The notes beneath the pieces were generated by a model, which was not told the DNA's origin, did not search any database, and saw only the letters and a list, made by a program, of their open reading frames with translations. The translations under genes were made by a program, and so were the position numbers. From contig JAULYI010000259.1 in assembly GCA_032117915.1 (NCBI GenBank), positions 1 through 54,098 on the forward strand: DNA of 54,098 nucleotides. The letters are read 5' to 3'. The DNA comes from Candidatus Kapaibacterium sp. GTDB taxonomy: Bacteria; Bacteroidota; Ignavibacteria; Kapaibacteriales; Kapaibacteriaceae. Below, piece after piece: positions 46,833 to 54,098 of this stretch. The first letter of the stretch is position 1. Each line of letters opens with the position of its first letter.

Positions 46833-48061
46833 TGCTGCGTCTACTATTCATCACATTGCTTTGGCTTGCGACGCTCAGTGCGAGAGCACAGGTCAAGTGC
46901 GGCATCGACAACATCATCGATACGCAGTTTGGCATGTTCAAGGGGCAGCGTATTGCTCTGGTGACACACGCTGCTGCGCGCACGCTCGGCGGTCGATCAA
47001 CGGCCGAGGCATTCCTTGGACGCACCGATGTGACGGTGGTGCGCATCATGGCGCCGGAGCACGGGTTCTATGGCGTGATCACGGCCGGCGAGTCTGTGCC
47101 GACCGACACGATCTACGACGGCGTAGAGGTGCTCTCGCTTTATGGCGAGCGCCGACGTCCGTCGGTATCGATGATCAGCGACATCGACAGAGTGGTCATC
47201 GATATGCAGGACATCGGCGTGCGATCATATACCTACATCTCGACGATGGTCGAGGTGATGGAGGCCTGCGCCGCGGCGAACGTTCCGTTGACGATCCTGG
47301 ACCGTCCGAACCCGTTGGGCGGCACCCTCGTTGATGGTAGCATTGTTGATGATTCGCTCACGTCTTTCGTCGGACGCCTTCCCATTCCGTACATCCACGG
47401 CTGTACCATGGGTGAACTCGCCACCATGGCAAACGATGCCGGCTGGCTATCGAAGGATTCCCTTGGACGTGCGCGTCGCTGCTCGCTCACGGTGGTCAAG
47501 TGCAAACGCTGGAAGCGCTCTATGAAGTGGGAGCAGACCGGACGTCTGTGGTATCCCACATCGCCCAACATTCCGACTGTCCACGCCATTCGCGGCTATG
47601 CCGTGACTGGACTCGCCGGTGAGCTAAGTCTGCTGAATATCGGCGTCGGCTCGGCCACGCCCTTCACCGTCATTGGTGCTCCTGCATGGCAACCGGAACC
47701 GTCGCTCATACAGCAGATGTCAGCCTGCGGCGTACGCCTGATGGAGACACGCTATCGTCCCGGCACGGGAAAGCACGCGCGACTCGTTTGCGAAGGATTT
47801 CATCTTGGCTTTGATTCCACCTTCCGGCCATACCGCGCAGCGCTGACCTTCCTGCACCATCTTGCGGAGCAGCACGCAGACTGGTATGTCGACAGTGTGG
47901 TGGCATCGCCCAAGGGCCGCATGTTTGCCAAGACCAGTGGCCGCGGTGCGTTGCTCGACGCACTGCGTGCGGGAAGACCGTGGCGTGAAGTCGAGGTACA
48001 CACGAGTGACGGACTGGTCGACTTCGTTCGACGCCGCCAGGCCTACTTGCTGTACGACTGA
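46832..48061 (+). CDS. namZ: DUF1343 family protein (exo-beta-N-acetylmuramidase NamZ-like)
   Basis: Signal peptide MLRLLFITLLWLATLSARA. CGIDNIID..FGMFKGQRIALVTHAAA, APEHGFYG, IDMQDIGVRSYTYISTM match the remembered DUF1343 pattern. The start overlaps the xerD stop (TGATG). Confidence 0.75.
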   Translation: MLRLLFITLLWLATLSARAQVKCGIDNIIDTQFGMFKGQRIALVTHAAARTLGGRSTAEAFLGRTDVTVVRIMAPEHGFYGVITAGESVPTDTIYDGVEVLSLYGERRRPSVSMISDIDRVVIDMQDIGVRSYTYISTMVEVMEACAAANVPLTILDRPNPLGGTLVDGSIVDDSLTSFVGRLPIPYIHGCTMGELATMANDAGWLSKDSLGRARRCSLTVVKCKRWKRSMKWEQTGRLWYPTSPNIPTVHAIRGYAVTGLAGELSLLNIGVGSATPFTVIGAPAWQPEPSLIQQMSACGVRLMETRYRPGTGKHARLVCEGFHLGFDSTFRPYRAALTFLHHLAEQHADWYVDSVVASPKGRMFAKTSGRGALLDALRAGRPWREVEVHTSDGLVDFVRRRQAYLLYD

Positions 48062-48064
48062 ACG

Positions 48065-49597
48065 TTACTCCGAGCTGCCGGTCACGGGTGTGCGCCGCAG
48101 CACGTGCGAGCGCTTGATCACGCCAAGTCCGACGGCTATGCGACGCGTTAGCGGGTCGACTCCGTCGAAGAAGACATGGTCATCCTGGACAACCATTCCC
48201 GTAGAACCGCCGCCGTCAAGGTTCATCGCCTGATAGGCACCCAGGAGCTTCATGACCTCGGAGGTTTGCTTCAAGGATGCACCCATGATCTGGTTTGACG
48301 ACTCCGTGGGCTCGATGGCAGCGATGATGATCTTGTTGCCGCTGCGATCGGTACCAATGGCCGTCCGCGCCAGGTTGTGCGCAATGAACCGGCGCCCCGT
48401 TGATCCCTCCTGCGTTGCCTCATGGCTGGCCACGCCGTTGCGAACAAGTCGAGGCGTACCGCATACGGCATTCATGAAGCGTCGCTGGGAGTGGACGTTG
48501 GTTTTGAATTGCAGCATCACGGTGTCACCACGTCGGGGCATGCGCGCTAGAACACCTCGCGGGAAGGACACGACACAGCCCCGAAGTGGCACGTTAACCG
48601 TGCCGGTATCCGCATCGATCACCTCACACGGGAAGGGTACGTTCACCGACGGAGCACGCAGGTATCGCAGACGTACCTTCGTGAGGCCGTACTCCTGGCT
48701 GGCCTCGCGCTGCGCGCGAGCGATCTCAAGTCGAAGCTGCTCTTTCGAGAGCGCTTCCTCGGTGGAGTCCGCCGCTACGAAGACCGTGTCCTTGAGTGCC
48801 TCCTGAAAGGCCTTCTCTAGCTCGCGGTCATGCACGTGCGGCACCGTTCCACCAGCGAAGGAGTTATACACGCAGATTCCCGAACTATCGACGCGACGGT
48901 TCACACTTTGGATAGCCAGGATCTCACCGTTGATGCGAAGCGCACCACTCACGCGAAACGTATCGATCACCATGTGCTGGTCGAAGTCGAAGAAGGCACT
49001 GCTCCACTGTTTGTACGGTAGCATCTCGACGATCTCGCCGTCGATCACGCAGGGTCCGATCACCGTGGAGCGATACGCTCGCCAGAAGTTGGCATTCACC
49101 AATGCCAGCACATCGTTTGACGTCTGCTGCTCGTAGCGCTGCACCATATCCTTGATGCGCTCAAGTCCGTCATGCCTGTCCTCACCCTTGATCAGTCGGA
49201 TGGCATTACCGGTGATCGTCCGATCCATGATGACGACGTGCACGTTCACCGAGCTGCTGCCGTTGCTGCGGTACTCTGTGTAGCGGATGCCGGATGATAT
49301 CTCGCGATCGCTGATCACGTTCAGCATCGTCATCGGTGTGGCGCGCACGCGCGTGCGCCGCTTCGGCGTGCGCTTCCGCGACGATGCCTTACCCTTCACC
49401 GCCGACCGTGCCGCGGCTGAACGACGCGGCTGCACGGCCTTTCGCTTCGGGGTCTGCACGGCTTTCGAGGCCACGCGCTTTGATCGGCTTGTCTGACGCT
49501 TGCGTTGTGCCGACGCGTCATCCATGCCCCCTATCATCATCAGCATCGTGATGAAGAAGAGCACAAGGGGGTGATATGGGTGCCATGAGCGCCGCAT
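48065..49597 (-). CDS. Phosphodiester glycosidase family protein (DUF2233/NAGPA domain) with N-terminal polybasic tract
   Basis: ORF 48065..49654. ATG 49597 gives the signal peptide MRRSWHPYHPLVLFFITMLMMIGGMDDASA; an alternative ATG is at 49651. C-terminal AMNLDGGGSTGMVV plus AIGTDRSGNKIIIAAIE are typical of the family. Residues ~31-88 are K/R-rich. Confidence 0.78.
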   Translation of the reverse strand: MRRSWHPYHPLVLFFITMLMMIGGMDDASAQRKRQTSRSKRVASKAVQTPKRKAVQPRRSAAARSAVKGKASSRKRTPKRRTRVRATPMTMLNVISDREISSGIRYTEYRSNGSSSVNVHVVIMDRTITGNAIRLIKGEDRHDGLERIKDMVQRYEQQTSNDVLALVNANFWRAYRSTVIGPCVIDGEIVEMLPYKQWSSAFFDFDQHMVIDTFRVSGALRINGEILAIQSVNRRVDSSGICVYNSFAGGTVPHVHDRELEKAFQEALKDTVFVAADSTEEALSKEQLRLEIARAQREASQEYGLTKVRLRYLRAPSVNVPFPCEVIDADTGTVNVPLRGCVVSFPRGVLARMPRRGDTVMLQFKTNVHSQRRFMNAVCGTPRLVRNGVASHEATQEGSTGRRFIAHNLARTAIGTDRSGNKIIIAAIEPTESSNQIMGASLKQTSEVMKLLGAYQAMNLDGGGSTGMVVQDDHVFFDGVDPLTRRIAVGLGVIKRSHVLRRTPVTGSSE

Positions 49598-49713
49598 GAG
49601 CCCGCAAATTAGGCCCTGCCGGACCCATGCCCAACGTGATAGTTTGCACATCAACTGCCGAACCGCATGCTTCGTAAGTTTGTCCGTCGATCTTCCACCA
49701 TTCCATCAAGACC

Positions 49714-50490
49714 ATGAGCACAGTCCTTCTCGAGCGTCGCGGCTCTCACGCCGTGATCACCCTGAATCGTCCCGACAAGTTAAATGCGCTGAATGGCGAG
49801 CTCCTGCAGACCCTGGCCACCGTGCTTGCGGATGTGAAGGCCGACACAGCGATCCATGCCGTGGTTATCACGGGGTCCGGTGATAAGGCCTTTGCGGCCG
49901 GCGCGGATATTCGGGAGCTGCATCAGCAGGACGCCTATGGCGGCAGACTGTTTGCCGAAGGCGGACAGCATGTGTTCACCATGATCGAGCGTCTGGGCAA
50001 GCCCGTTATCGCCGCTGTGAACGGCTTTGCGCTTGGTGGAGGCTGTGAGCTGGCCATGGCCTGCCACATGCGATTCGTAAGCGAGCATGCGCAGTTTGGA
50101 CAGCCCGAGATTAACCTGGGCATCATTCCCGGCTACGGCGGTACGCAGCGTCTGCCGAGACTCGTGGGACAGGCCAAGGCCCTGGAGCTCATCCTTGGCG
50201 GGGACCGCATCAATGCCCAGGAAGCGCTGCGCATTGGCCTTGTGAATCGCGTCTACCCGCATGCTGAGCTGTTCGAGCAGACCGAGACCTTTGCTGCAGC
50301 TCTGGCGGCAAAGGCACCACTTGCCCTGTATGCATGTCTCGAGGCCACGCAAGCTGCTGCTGACACGTCGTTGCTCGAGGGCCAATACGTCGAGGCATCG
50401 ATCTTTGGACGTACCTGTGGTACACAGGACTTCAAGGAAGGCACCCAGGCGTTTCTTGAGAAACGACAGGCATTGTTCAGCGGCCGATGA
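49714..50490 (+). CDS. Enoyl-CoA hydratase (crotonase family), third paralog in the window
   Basis: [61 protein letters not shown]. Confidence 0.9.
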   Translation: MSTVLLERRGSHAVITLNRPDKLNALNGELLQTLATVLADVKADTAIHAVVITGSGDKAFAAGADIRELHQQDAYGGRLFAEGGQHVFTMIERLGKPVIAAVNGFALGGGCELAMACHMRFVSEHAQFGQPEINLGIIPGYGGTQRLPRLVGQAKALELILGGDRINAQEALRIGLVNRVYPHAELFEQTETFAAALAAKAPLALYACLEATQAAADTSLLEGQYVEASIFGRTCGTQDFKEGTQAFLEKRQALFSGR

Positions 50491-51716
50491 GGCTTCCCGT
50501 CCAAGCAGCCGATGTGTTACACACGTTGGGCATGCACGTCCTGCAACGGCTGCTGCCGGTAGCAGGGCTCTTCCATGCCAAGCTCCGTCGTCGAACGGCC
50601 ACGGAACGCGCGCTCCGTGATGCCATAAGCATCCAGACTCGTCCCTGTGTGTGGGCTCATGCAGCATCCATGGGCGAGCTGGAGCAGCTCGTGCCGGTCC
50701 TTGAACGTCTACGGCACACCCGATCTGATGTTCGCATCGTGGTGACGTGTACGTCGCCAAGCGGCATCGACCATGCACAGCGTCTTGATGGTCTGATTGA
50801 TGATGCCGCCTATCTGAGCGTCGACACGCCTTCGAATGCCCGGCGGTGGTTCGATACCATACAGCCCAACGTTGTACTGATTGACCGGTACGACCTGTGG
50901 CGTAACCACATCGTGGAAGCCTCAGGCAGAGGCGTTCCGATCGTGCTGATCAATGCTACTGCTCCGTCCTCTGCCAACGGAGTGCTGCGTGAGTGGACGG
51001 CAGACACGTATCGACGGTGTACGTCCATCACTGCCGTAACGGAAACCGACGCAGCAGCATTAACTGCCCTGACGGGCATGCACATTGAACGGATGTCCGA
51101 CACGCGTAATGACCGCTTGGTCGACCGCATACGCCGACCGGATCCTGCCATCACAGCCTATCGTCGACCGGACAAGGCCACCCTCGTCATCGGCTCATCA
51201 TGGCCCGATGATGAGCGCCTCGTCATCGATGCACTCAACACCACCGGCTTCAAGGGGCGATGCATTGTCGTTCCGCATGAACCTACGGAAGAGGCGCTCC
51301 GCGCCGTGGAAACGAGACTGACCTGCACGCGATGGAGTCTGTCGACGCCGTCGACGGAGGGACACCTCGTGGTTGACAGCGTGGGCCACCTGCTTTCCAT
51401 CTACGCCATTGCCGATGCGGTGTGGGTAGGTGGTGGATTCGGTGCCGGTGTCCACAGTCTTACCGAGCCTGCAGCATACGGCATACCCGTCGCCTGTGGT
51501 CCTAGTGTCGAGCGAGCGAGCGACGCAGCACCTCTAGCAGAGGCCGGCGCGCTGACGGTGTGCAGCGACGTACGTCAAGCTACTACGTGGCTAACCACCG
51601 TCGTGCACGATGCGGAACAGCGCCGCAGGGGCGGCAATGCAGCACGCGACTATGTGCACGCAAGAACCGGCACGTCCGACATCATCGTCCAACGCCTGAT
51701 AGCGCTGTTACGCTGA
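50487..51716 (+). CDS. waaA: 3-deoxy-D-manno-octulosonic acid (Kdo) transferase
   Basis: VWAHAASMGELEQLVPVLERL (family W.HA.S.GE motif), VVTCTSPSG, GGFGAGVHSLTEPAAYGIPV. ATGA overlap with the crotonase stop at 50487..50490; a later in-frame ATG is possible. Confidence 0.85.
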   Translation: MRLPVQAADVLHTLGMHVLQRLLPVAGLFHAKLRRRTATERALRDAISIQTRPCVWAHAASMGELEQLVPVLERLRHTRSDVRIVVTCTSPSGIDHAQRLDGLIDDAAYLSVDTPSNARRWFDTIQPNVVLIDRYDLWRNHIVEASGRGVPIVLINATAPSSANGVLREWTADTYRRCTSITAVTETDAAALTALTGMHIERMSDTRNDRLVDRIRRPDPAITAYRRPDKATLVIGSSWPDDERLVIDALNTTGFKGRCIVVPHEPTEEALRAVETRLTCTRWSLSTPSTEGHLVVDSVGHLLSIYAIADAVWVGGGFGAGVHSLTEPAAYGIPVACGPSVERASDAAPLAEAGALTVCSDVRQATTWLTTVVHDAEQRRRGGNAARDYVHARTGTSDIIVQRLIALLR

Positions 51717-51720
51717 AGCC

Positions 51721-53280
51721 TTACCGACGGATAACCATTGGCATGTGCAGGGTTCGTCCGGCGCACCGCAGTTGCAAGACATAGCTGCCTGATGGTACCG
51801 AGGCCGTGTTGACGATCGCACCGGATGCCACTACGTTAGCGGGTAGCTTCGCCGACGTCACAACGTCACCTTGCACGGATACAACTGACATGTCAACATC
51901 GCCGTTGACCGATGGCCAGCGAAGGGTTACCTGATCGGCGGCAGGTTGCGGCGTTAGCATCGCATCTGTCTTCCACTGCGACGATTCCTCTTGGACACTC
52001 GACGTCGCAGGTGGTGTCAGCTTAATGATGACGTGCTTCAGATCATCACTCGTGATGAACACCGATCCGTCTGCTGCGATTTCCAGTCCGACGGGACGTG
52101 CCCAGCGTTCCTTCTTCACGGAGTCCGTCAGAAAGCCCGTACAGAAGTCATGCACGGCATTGGCTACGGTATCACCGTCGTCATCAAACTCGAGGAAGAC
52201 AACCTTGGAGCCCGATGCAGGTGTCCGGTTCCAAGACCCGCGAAGTACCATCAATGCCCCATTACGCCAGCGCTGAGGCATGGTAGTGGGCGTAAACCGT
52301 AACTGCATGGGAGCGCTGTGTGCCGTTACCAGTGCCGCCGGCGGACGCATGGAGCGTAGCAGTGCACTGTCCGCTGGTGTGATGGGCAACAGATCTTTGT
52401 AGTCGTTGAATGCAAAATCAAACAATGTCTGATGGTGGTGAGCAAACGGATAGCCATAGAAGCCGCCGTCTCGAACAAGGTCAACCCACTCACCGGGGAT
52501 GTTATTCCCGTGATTGTCGCTACCGTTGTTATTGGCCCACAGACGACCGGTGCGCGGATGGATGGTTAGCCCAACGGCATTGCGGACACCCGACGCGTAC
52601 ACGCGACGACCGGTACCATCAAGATTGTGCTCTTCGATCAATGCACGTGTCGGCTCACGGTCTGCATTACCCAGTGATCCGAGCGTCACGTAGAGCTTGC
52701 GTTTGACCGTGTCGATGGCTAGACTCCTCGTGCTATGTCCCCCATTCTGTCCTGGTAGCTTCTGCCTGTCAAACAGAAGTACTCTGCTTTCGTAGGTACC
52801 ATCCTTATTCAGGTCTTGAAGCTTTTCGATGCCGGCCTTGTGCGATGCATACATCGTATCGCCCCAGAACTCAACATTGTTAAGATCCGTGAACCCAGTT
52901 GCCACGGTTCGCACTGCGTCGGCAACACCATCCTTGTCTATATCAGGAAAGGCAAGTATGCTATTACCGCCCATGTTCGCTCCATACAGCACACTGTCCG
53001 GACCGAACGTTAGGAAACGCAGCTTTCGCAGTGGTGTACCGGCGGCAAAAACGTTTGCGGTCCACCCAGCCGGAATATTGATGCGATGTGCGACCGGACT
53101 GATATTCTCTGAGCTCCACTGCGGCGGAACCATGATGGACACGGGTACGAGACCGTCAGTAACCATTGGTGTCCATGGTGCAGTACCGGGCGAAGGTTCC
53201 TGCGCATCCATGGTCATGGCTGCGCTAGCCACAACCAGGCATAAGCTCATCGTACGAAACGAGACAACAAAACGGTTCAT
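51721..53280 (-). CDS. PQQ-dependent (glucose/sorbosone) sugar dehydrogenase-like beta-propeller protein with T9SS C-terminal sorting domain
   Basis: ORF 51721..53337. ATG 53280 gives the signal peptide MNRFVVSFRTMSLCLVVASAAMTMDAQ. FGPDSVLYGANMGGNS, NNGSDNHGNNIPGEWVDLVRDGGFYGYPFAHH. C-terminal LTPQPAADQVTLRW...GSYVLQLRCAGRTLHMPMVIRR. Confidence 0.75.
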   Translation of the reverse strand: MNRFVVSFRTMSLCLVVASAAMTMDAQEPSPGTAPWTPMVTDGLVPVSIMVPPQWSSENISPVAHRINIPAGWTANVFAAGTPLRKLRFLTFGPDSVLYGANMGGNSILAFPDIDKDGVADAVRTVATGFTDLNNVEFWGDTMYASHKAGIEKLQDLNKDGTYESRVLLFDRQKLPGQNGGHSTRSLAIDTVKRKLYVTLGSLGNADREPTRALIEEHNLDGTGRRVYASGVRNAVGLTIHPRTGRLWANNNGSDNHGNNIPGEWVDLVRDGGFYGYPFAHHHQTLFDFAFNDYKDLLPITPADSALLRSMRPPAALVTAHSAPMQLRFTPTTMPQRWRNGALMVLRGSWNRTPASGSKVVFLEFDDDGDTVANAVHDFCTGFLTDSVKKERWARPVGLEIAADGSVFITSDDLKHVIIKLTPPATSSVQEESSQWKTDAMLTPQPAADQVTLRWPSVNGDVDMSVVSVQGDVVTSAKLPANVVASGAIVNTASVPSGSYVLQLRCAGRTLHMPMVIRR

Positions 53281-53319
53281 CGGTTGTTCCAGGGTGGTGA
53301 GGAGCCCAACATAACGCAA

Positions 53320-53355
53320 CAACGCCCCCTTCCGCAAGTGCGGAAGGGGGCGTTG
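53320..53355 (-). terminator. Strong intergenic hairpin, probable terminator of the upstream (partial) T9SS cargo gene
   Basis: Perfect 16-bp stem caacgcccccttccgc / gcggaagggggcgttg (53320..53335 and 53340..53355) with a 4-nt loop. It lies 22 nt downstream of the stop at 53377 on the minus strand. The trailing U-tract is only moderate (ttgcgttatgtt). Confidence 0.6.
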
Positions 53356-53376
53356 TGAGTTTCTACGGGATGATGC

Positions 53377-54098
53377 TTAGCGAACGATGGTCATCGGCAT
53401 CGGCTCGCTGACATACGGACCCGACACTACGGTGTAGTAGTACGTTCCGGCAGGCAGGATCGATGCATCAACCGACAGCTCATAATCACCAGCCGCAAGG
53501 CTTTCATCAACCAGGTTCATGACCAGTTCACCCATCGTGTTGTACAGGGCGATGGTCGTTTGACCAGGCAGACCCACAGAGTAGTTGATCACCGTTGTGG
53601 ACGAAACCGGGTTCGGAGCGGCCGGACGGACAGCAAAGCGCTTTCCGCTGAGACCGACGAGACGCAGGTTACGAGCGCACTGAGGATCTACAACGATCAG
53701 ACCCGGCTCGGGGTTGAACTGTGCATAGTTCTTGTCGTCACCCGAGTTGTCAAGGTCAACCCAGTAGAGTTGCGTCGTGACTTCGCTGTTGAACGGCTTG
53801 GAAACATCCAGACCACGAGCGAGGAAGGCATCGAACGTCAGCCCGAACATTGCATTACCGTTGTTACGCAGCGGCGACTTCGTGCCACGCATGTCGGCAA
53901 AGTCAATCTCAACCATGTTCGGAACCGGCTTCGACCAACGAACAACCGACCATCCGTCGAGCTGCATGCCCGCGACAAGGATGTCTTCGCCGTTTGCACC
54001 GATACGCGGACGAACCAGCGTGCTGTCATAGCTCACACGGATACGGAACTCCGTAAGATCCGAGGCATCAACAGCCTGGGGCAGGTCCTTGATCTCAA
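53377..54098 (-). CDS. T9SS C-terminal-domain secreted protein, 5'-truncated by the window edge
   Basis: The tracked ORF begins at an in-frame GTG (54036), but the frame stays open to position 54098 (...EIKDLPQAVDASDLTEFRIR-VSYDS...). The C-terminus PNPVSSTTVINYSVGLPGQTTIALYNTMGELV...GTYYYTVVSGPYVSEPMPMTIVR is a Por_Secre_tail-type domain. Confidence 0.75.
   Translation of the reverse strand, partial: EIKDLPQAVDASDLTEFRIRVSYDSTLVRPRIGANGEDILVAGMQLDGWSVVRWSKPVPNMVEIDFADMRGTKSPLRNNGNAMFGLTFDAFLARGLDVSKPFNSEVTTQLYWVDLDNSGDDKNYAQFNPEPGLIVVDPQCARNLRLVGLSGKRFAVRPAAPNPVSSTTVINYSVGLPGQTTIALYNTMGELVMNLVDESLAAGDYELSVDASILPAGTYYYTVVSGPYVSEPMPMTIVR

Noticed and set aside
49780-50778. 332-aa ORF antisense to the third crotonase and the start of waaA
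   Set aside because: It spans a gene junction on the other strand, and both sense genes are well supported. This is a GC-driven open frame.
1-54098. Defence systems, toxin-antitoxin pairs, CRISPR arrays, tRNA/rRNA genes, insertion sequences
   Set aside because: I recognised no helicase/nuclease/methylase defence-type gene sets, no short paired TA-like ORFs, no spaced repeats and no tRNA-like cloverleaf candidates in the few intergenic regions. Absence is judged by eye only. tRNAscan, Rfam and defence-finder runs would be the proper check.

Overview
This is a gene-dense 54.1-kb chromosomal segment, about 97% coding by my coordinates, with roughly 44 protein genes. I found no rRNA, tRNA, CRISPR array, transposase or prophage signal by eye. 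All calls rest on motif recognition in the supplied ORF translations plus inspection of start/stop contexts and hairpins; no database search was possible. Lineage hints point to a moderately GC-rich FCB-group bacterium (Bacteroidota/Chlorobiota/Ignavibacteriota-like): three T9SS C-terminal sorting domains, two FISUMP lipoproteins, an Oar-type TonB-dependent receptor and a DUF4397 lipoprotein. Contents from left to right: (1) a ~0.5-kb non-coding leader and two tandem FISUMP lipoproteins; (2) DUF2164, aspA coupled to a beta-CASP MBL RNase-like gene, and an ABC exporter; (3) a 14.6-kb, 11-gene minus-strand train. The train runs rfbB, sugar dehydrogenase, wecB, Wza-like exporter, multi-TM GT2, Wzx-like flippase, polyprenyl glycosyl-phosphotransferase, Dpm1/GtrB-like GT2, a GT2 fused to a truncated phosphotransferase domain, accA, and a degenerate pseudouridine-synthase-like protein. 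It is an exopolysaccharide or O-antigen-type locus with housekeeping genes at its end. (4) nagZ, then an ECF sigma / RseA-like anti-sigma / lipoprotein module; (5) thioesterase, ltaE and an acyl-CoA synthetase; (6) a polyprenol-kinase-like gene, ispE, glgA, an RNA methyltransferase and a GAF-SpoIIE phosphatase; (7) a TonB receptor / DUF4397 lipoprotein / T9SS-secreted nuclease operon with a strong terminator; (8) rsmE, two crotonases, and 7TMR-HD/xerD/namZ with overlapping stop/start codons; (9) a phosphodiester glycosidase, a third crotonase coupled to waaA, a T9SS-tagged PQQ-type sugar dehydrogenase and a partial T9SS cargo gene. I see no clear defence or mobile system. The most unusual items are four. 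The anti-sigma factor has a periplasmic end that looks like an outer-membrane beta-barrel. The pseudouridine-synthase-like protein has GSLT in place of the catalytic GRLD motif and a ~235-aa Arg/Gly/Asp-rich N-terminus. The GT2 fusion carries a gutted glycosyl-phosphotransferase domain and sits near an intact paralog. The receptor/lipoprotein/secreted-nuclease operon is a candidate extracellular nucleic-acid scavenging locus. All four are hypotheses that need HMM or structure checks.
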